Below, piece after piece: positions 29,533 through 32,000 of a stretch of 32,000 nt of DNA. Made by a program: the position numbers and the translations under genes. Position 1 is the first letter of the stretch, and the number at the start of each line of letters is the position of its first letter. This DNA comes from Tenacibaculum phage PTm1, in sequence record AP019524.1. One strand, written 5' to 3'. Below the pieces are notes generated by a model. The model worked only from the letters and a program-made list of their open reading frames with translations. It ran no database searches and was not told the origin of the DNA.

Positions 29533-31026
29533 ATGCTTATAAACGTAACACAACAAGATGCATCAGTAACATTATCATATGTTAAGAATAATCTTATAGA
29601 GGTTAAGACCTATCCAGTTTATCAATATAATGGTATAGGTACATATGATTATCGTATTGCTAGATATGATGGTGACCCTGATATCGTAAATAACTTGGTT
29701 CATTATAAAGATGATAAGAAAGTTAAGCGTGTCATGTCATATAAATTCGATTTTGATACACTAAGAGAATTTATCACACAAGTAATACCTGAGGAAGATA
29801 GAAATGAAATATTCACACTAGAAATGCCTGGCGCATATAAATGTGATATTGAAATTGCTGTAGGTGATGGTGAGATATTCCCTGACCCATATTTAGCCGA
29901 AATGGTTATTGATAGTATTCAAATAACCGCACCTAACCTAAATACGGTAACAATTACATGTAATCCAAGAGTTAAAAAAGCTGGTACACCTGAGGGTGAT
30001 AAACAAATAAATGATATTGAAGATGCCATAAATAAGCATTTTGAACAAGTTGATTTTGTTAAAACATTAACTGATAGGATTAAGTATTCACATATTGTAT
30101 ATGATACGGAAACTGAAATGTTAGAACGTTGGTGGCGATTAATTAATACAACATTACATGCTGTTGGATTTTGGAATGGTAGTGGATTTGATGTTCCATA
30201 CTTATGGAATAGGTGTAAAAAATTAGGTGTTGATGTTGGTATGGGTTCACCAACTGGTGAAGTATCTAATCGTGAAATGTGGTGTAGACATAGACATATT
30301 GTTGATGATATGCAGATTGTTGAAAACTTCTCACATGATTTGGGAACAAAACAATCACTTTCATTAGATTATATTAGTAATAGAATTTTTGGGGTTGGTA
30401 AAATACCATATGATGGTAGTTTTAGTGACTTATATAATGGTTGTATTATTAGATATATGACGTATGGTGCTGTTGATACCATATTACAACAATTAATTGA
30501 ACAAAACCGAAAATACTCAGCAGGTTCTGAGGCGATGGCATATTATTGTAAAATACCGATTGTTGATGTTGGTAAAACAACTGCATTAGTTCACGCTGTT
30601 ATTTGGGATGAGTTATATAAGCAGGGTAAGATAAATGCTGAGGAATATTTCAAAAAAGAAAAAACACCGTATGGTGGTGGTTTTGTTAAACAGCCAACAC
30701 GAAAGTTTTGTATGTATCCAGTTGGTGTTGATTTTTCTGCACTATATCCAAGAGTTATACAAACATGTAATATATCTTTTGAGAATTATATGGGTAGAGT
30801 TCGTGATAAAAAACATGCTGAGGAATTACGTGCGCAGGGATATTTTGTTGCTGTAAGTGGAAACTATTACAAGAATGATAAAACATATTGTTTAAAATCG
30901 GTACAAGATAAGTTTCTATCTGAGCGATATTTGTATAAGGACTTACAGTTTGCAATATGGCAAGAGGTTGTTCCAACACTAGAGGCTGAATTAAAACGTA
31001 GGGGAATAAACCCAAAGAAATTATAA
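29533..31026 (+). CDS. family B DNA polymerase N-terminal part (T4 gp43-like): exonuclease domain plus polymerase motif A only
   Basis: Exo I-like KCDIEIAVGDGEIFPDP, Exo II VGFWNGSGFDVPYLWNR, Exo III-like YMTYGAVDT, motif A VGVDFSALYPRVIQTCNISFENYMG. Stops at 497 aa with no KxxxNSxYG or YGDTD motif. Confidence 0.85.
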   Translation: MLINVTQQDASVTLSYVKNNLIEVKTYPVYQYNGIGTYDYRIARYDGDPDIVNNLVHYKDDKKVKRVMSYKFDFDTLREFITQVIPEEDRNEIFTLEMPGAYKCDIEIAVGDGEIFPDPYLAEMVIDSIQITAPNLNTVTITCNPRVKKAGTPEGDKQINDIEDAINKHFEQVDFVKTLTDRIKYSHIVYDTETEMLERWWRLINTTLHAVGFWNGSGFDVPYLWNRCKKLGVDVGMGSPTGEVSNREMWCRHRHIVDDMQIVENFSHDLGTKQSLSLDYISNRIFGVGKIPYDGSFSDLYNGCIIRYMTYGAVDTILQQLIEQNRKYSAGSEAMAYYCKIPIVDVGKTTALVHAVIWDELYKQGKINAEEYFKKEKTPYGGGFVKQPTRKFCMYPVGVDFSALYPRVIQTCNISFENYMGRVRDKKHAEELRAQGYFVAVSGNYYKNDKTYCLKSVQDKFLSERYLYKDLQFAIWQEVVPTLEAELKRRGINPKKL

Positions 31027-31077
31027 ATTTTTACTAACATTGTTTAATACATTAAAACAAAAATAATTTTATTCAAA

Positions 31078-31917
31078 ATGGAAAGTACACAAATCGTAAA
31101 ATTAAAAAACGTAAAGTTAAGTGAACTACAGACAGCATTCAAACGTTCTTTATCTATTGGTGGTGAAACATTAAATTTTAAAATCACACCAACATCAATA
31201 ACAAATGTAGCTGAACATTCAAGTCAATCATTATATAAAAAATGGGAATTGTCTTTAGGCGATGTTTGTGATAGTGTTGATGGTCAATTCAGAGAATTAA
31301 AAGTTGCTATCTATAGTGGTAATGAATTTGTATCAAAGATTTTAGGATTCTTTGGACAATTAGCTGACTTAGAAATTCAACACGAAAATGGTAATGTTAA
31401 TAAAATTAACATCATTAAGTTAGATGAAAAAGGTAAAAGACTTTTAAGGATTGCATTAGTTACGGCATCTGTTACATCTTCATATAAAGAAATTGATTCT
31501 GATATGGTTTCAAACATCTTTAATCCTGATATGGAAACAAAGGCTAGTTTAATTTTATCACCTGATGATTTAAAACAATTAAATAACTTAGCTAAGTTAA
31601 CAACGAATCCTGAGGAACAAACAAACTATATAACTATAAAATCAGAGAATGGTCAATTAGTTGCTACTGATGGTGCATTTGATATTGCATTACGTGATAG
31701 AACAGAAGAGTTGGATGCTATTGAGATTGATAAAGAATTATTCTCATGTATTGAGCATGAAAATTATACTGCATCTGTTTATGACCTTGGTGAGAGTGGT
31801 ATGTTATTATTAAATTCTGAAAATTCAAATTCACAAATTGCTGTAGTATTATTATCTGATGCTGATGATTCGGTATCATGGGATGATTTTGAAACTGACA
31901 CAAACTGGGATAATTAA
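31078..31917 (+). CDS. hypothetical protein, possibly sliding clamp-like
   Basis: 279-aa ORF next to the polymerase gene; C-terminal half (SLILSPDDLKQLNNLAKLTT...ITIKSENGQLVATDGAFDIALRD) vaguely resembles T4 gp45. Confidence 0.35.
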   Translation: MESTQIVKLKNVKLSELQTAFKRSLSIGGETLNFKITPTSITNVAEHSSQSLYKKWELSLGDVCDSVDGQFRELKVAIYSGNEFVSKILGFFGQLADLEIQHENGNVNKINIIKLDEKGKRLLRIALVTASVTSSYKEIDSDMVSNIFNPDMETKASLILSPDDLKQLNNLAKLTTNPEEQTNYITIKSENGQLVATDGAFDIALRDRTEELDAIEIDKELFSCIEHENYTASVYDLGESGMLLLNSENSNSQIAVVLLSDADDSVSWDDFETDTNWDN

Positions 31918-31945
31918 TTTATGTAGTTTATTCTAAATATTATTA

Positions 31946-31968
31946 GGGCGCACTTCGTGCGCCCATTC
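31946..31968. terminator. terminator-like hairpin
   Basis: GGGCGCAC-ttc-GTGCGCCC; only a weak T-rich tail. Confidence 0.6.
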
Positions 31969-32000
31969 ATTAACTAAAACTATATAAATGAGAGCAGAAG

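Overview
This 32 kb, strongly AT-rich window looks like part of a large tailed phage genome with T4-like core genes, probably infecting a Bacteroidota host (recurrent TATATTTG -7-type promoter motifs). Recognisable genes are: a P-loop kinase/zeta-toxin-like gene with a 317-aa intein inside its Walker A motif; both subunits of a T4-type type II topoisomerase; RtcB RNA ligase; a probable TET-associated-type DNA glycosyltransferase; a GIY-YIG-superfamily T5orf172/MUG113-like nuclease; a beta-class DNA methyltransferase in a chimeric, duplicated locus; dihydrofolate reductase; an HD phosphohydrolase; a gp5-like OB-fold baseplate/spike protein plus a second structural gene; the N-terminal part of a family B DNA polymerase that stops before motifs B and C; and a possible sliding clamp. 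The strongest leads are (1) the intein interrupting GGAG|SGKG, (2) the methyltransferase cassette flanked by 44-bp and 135-bp direct repeats in the order A1-MTase-B1-A2-X-B2, (3) the polymerase ORF lacking its palm motif C, and (4) the putative DNA-hypermodification glycosyltransferase. Many genes are broken by single-base shifts. Nearly all can be repaired by adding one base to a nearby homopolymer, so these breaks are most likely consensus indel errors rather than biology. All homology calls are from visual motif recognition; no database search was run.
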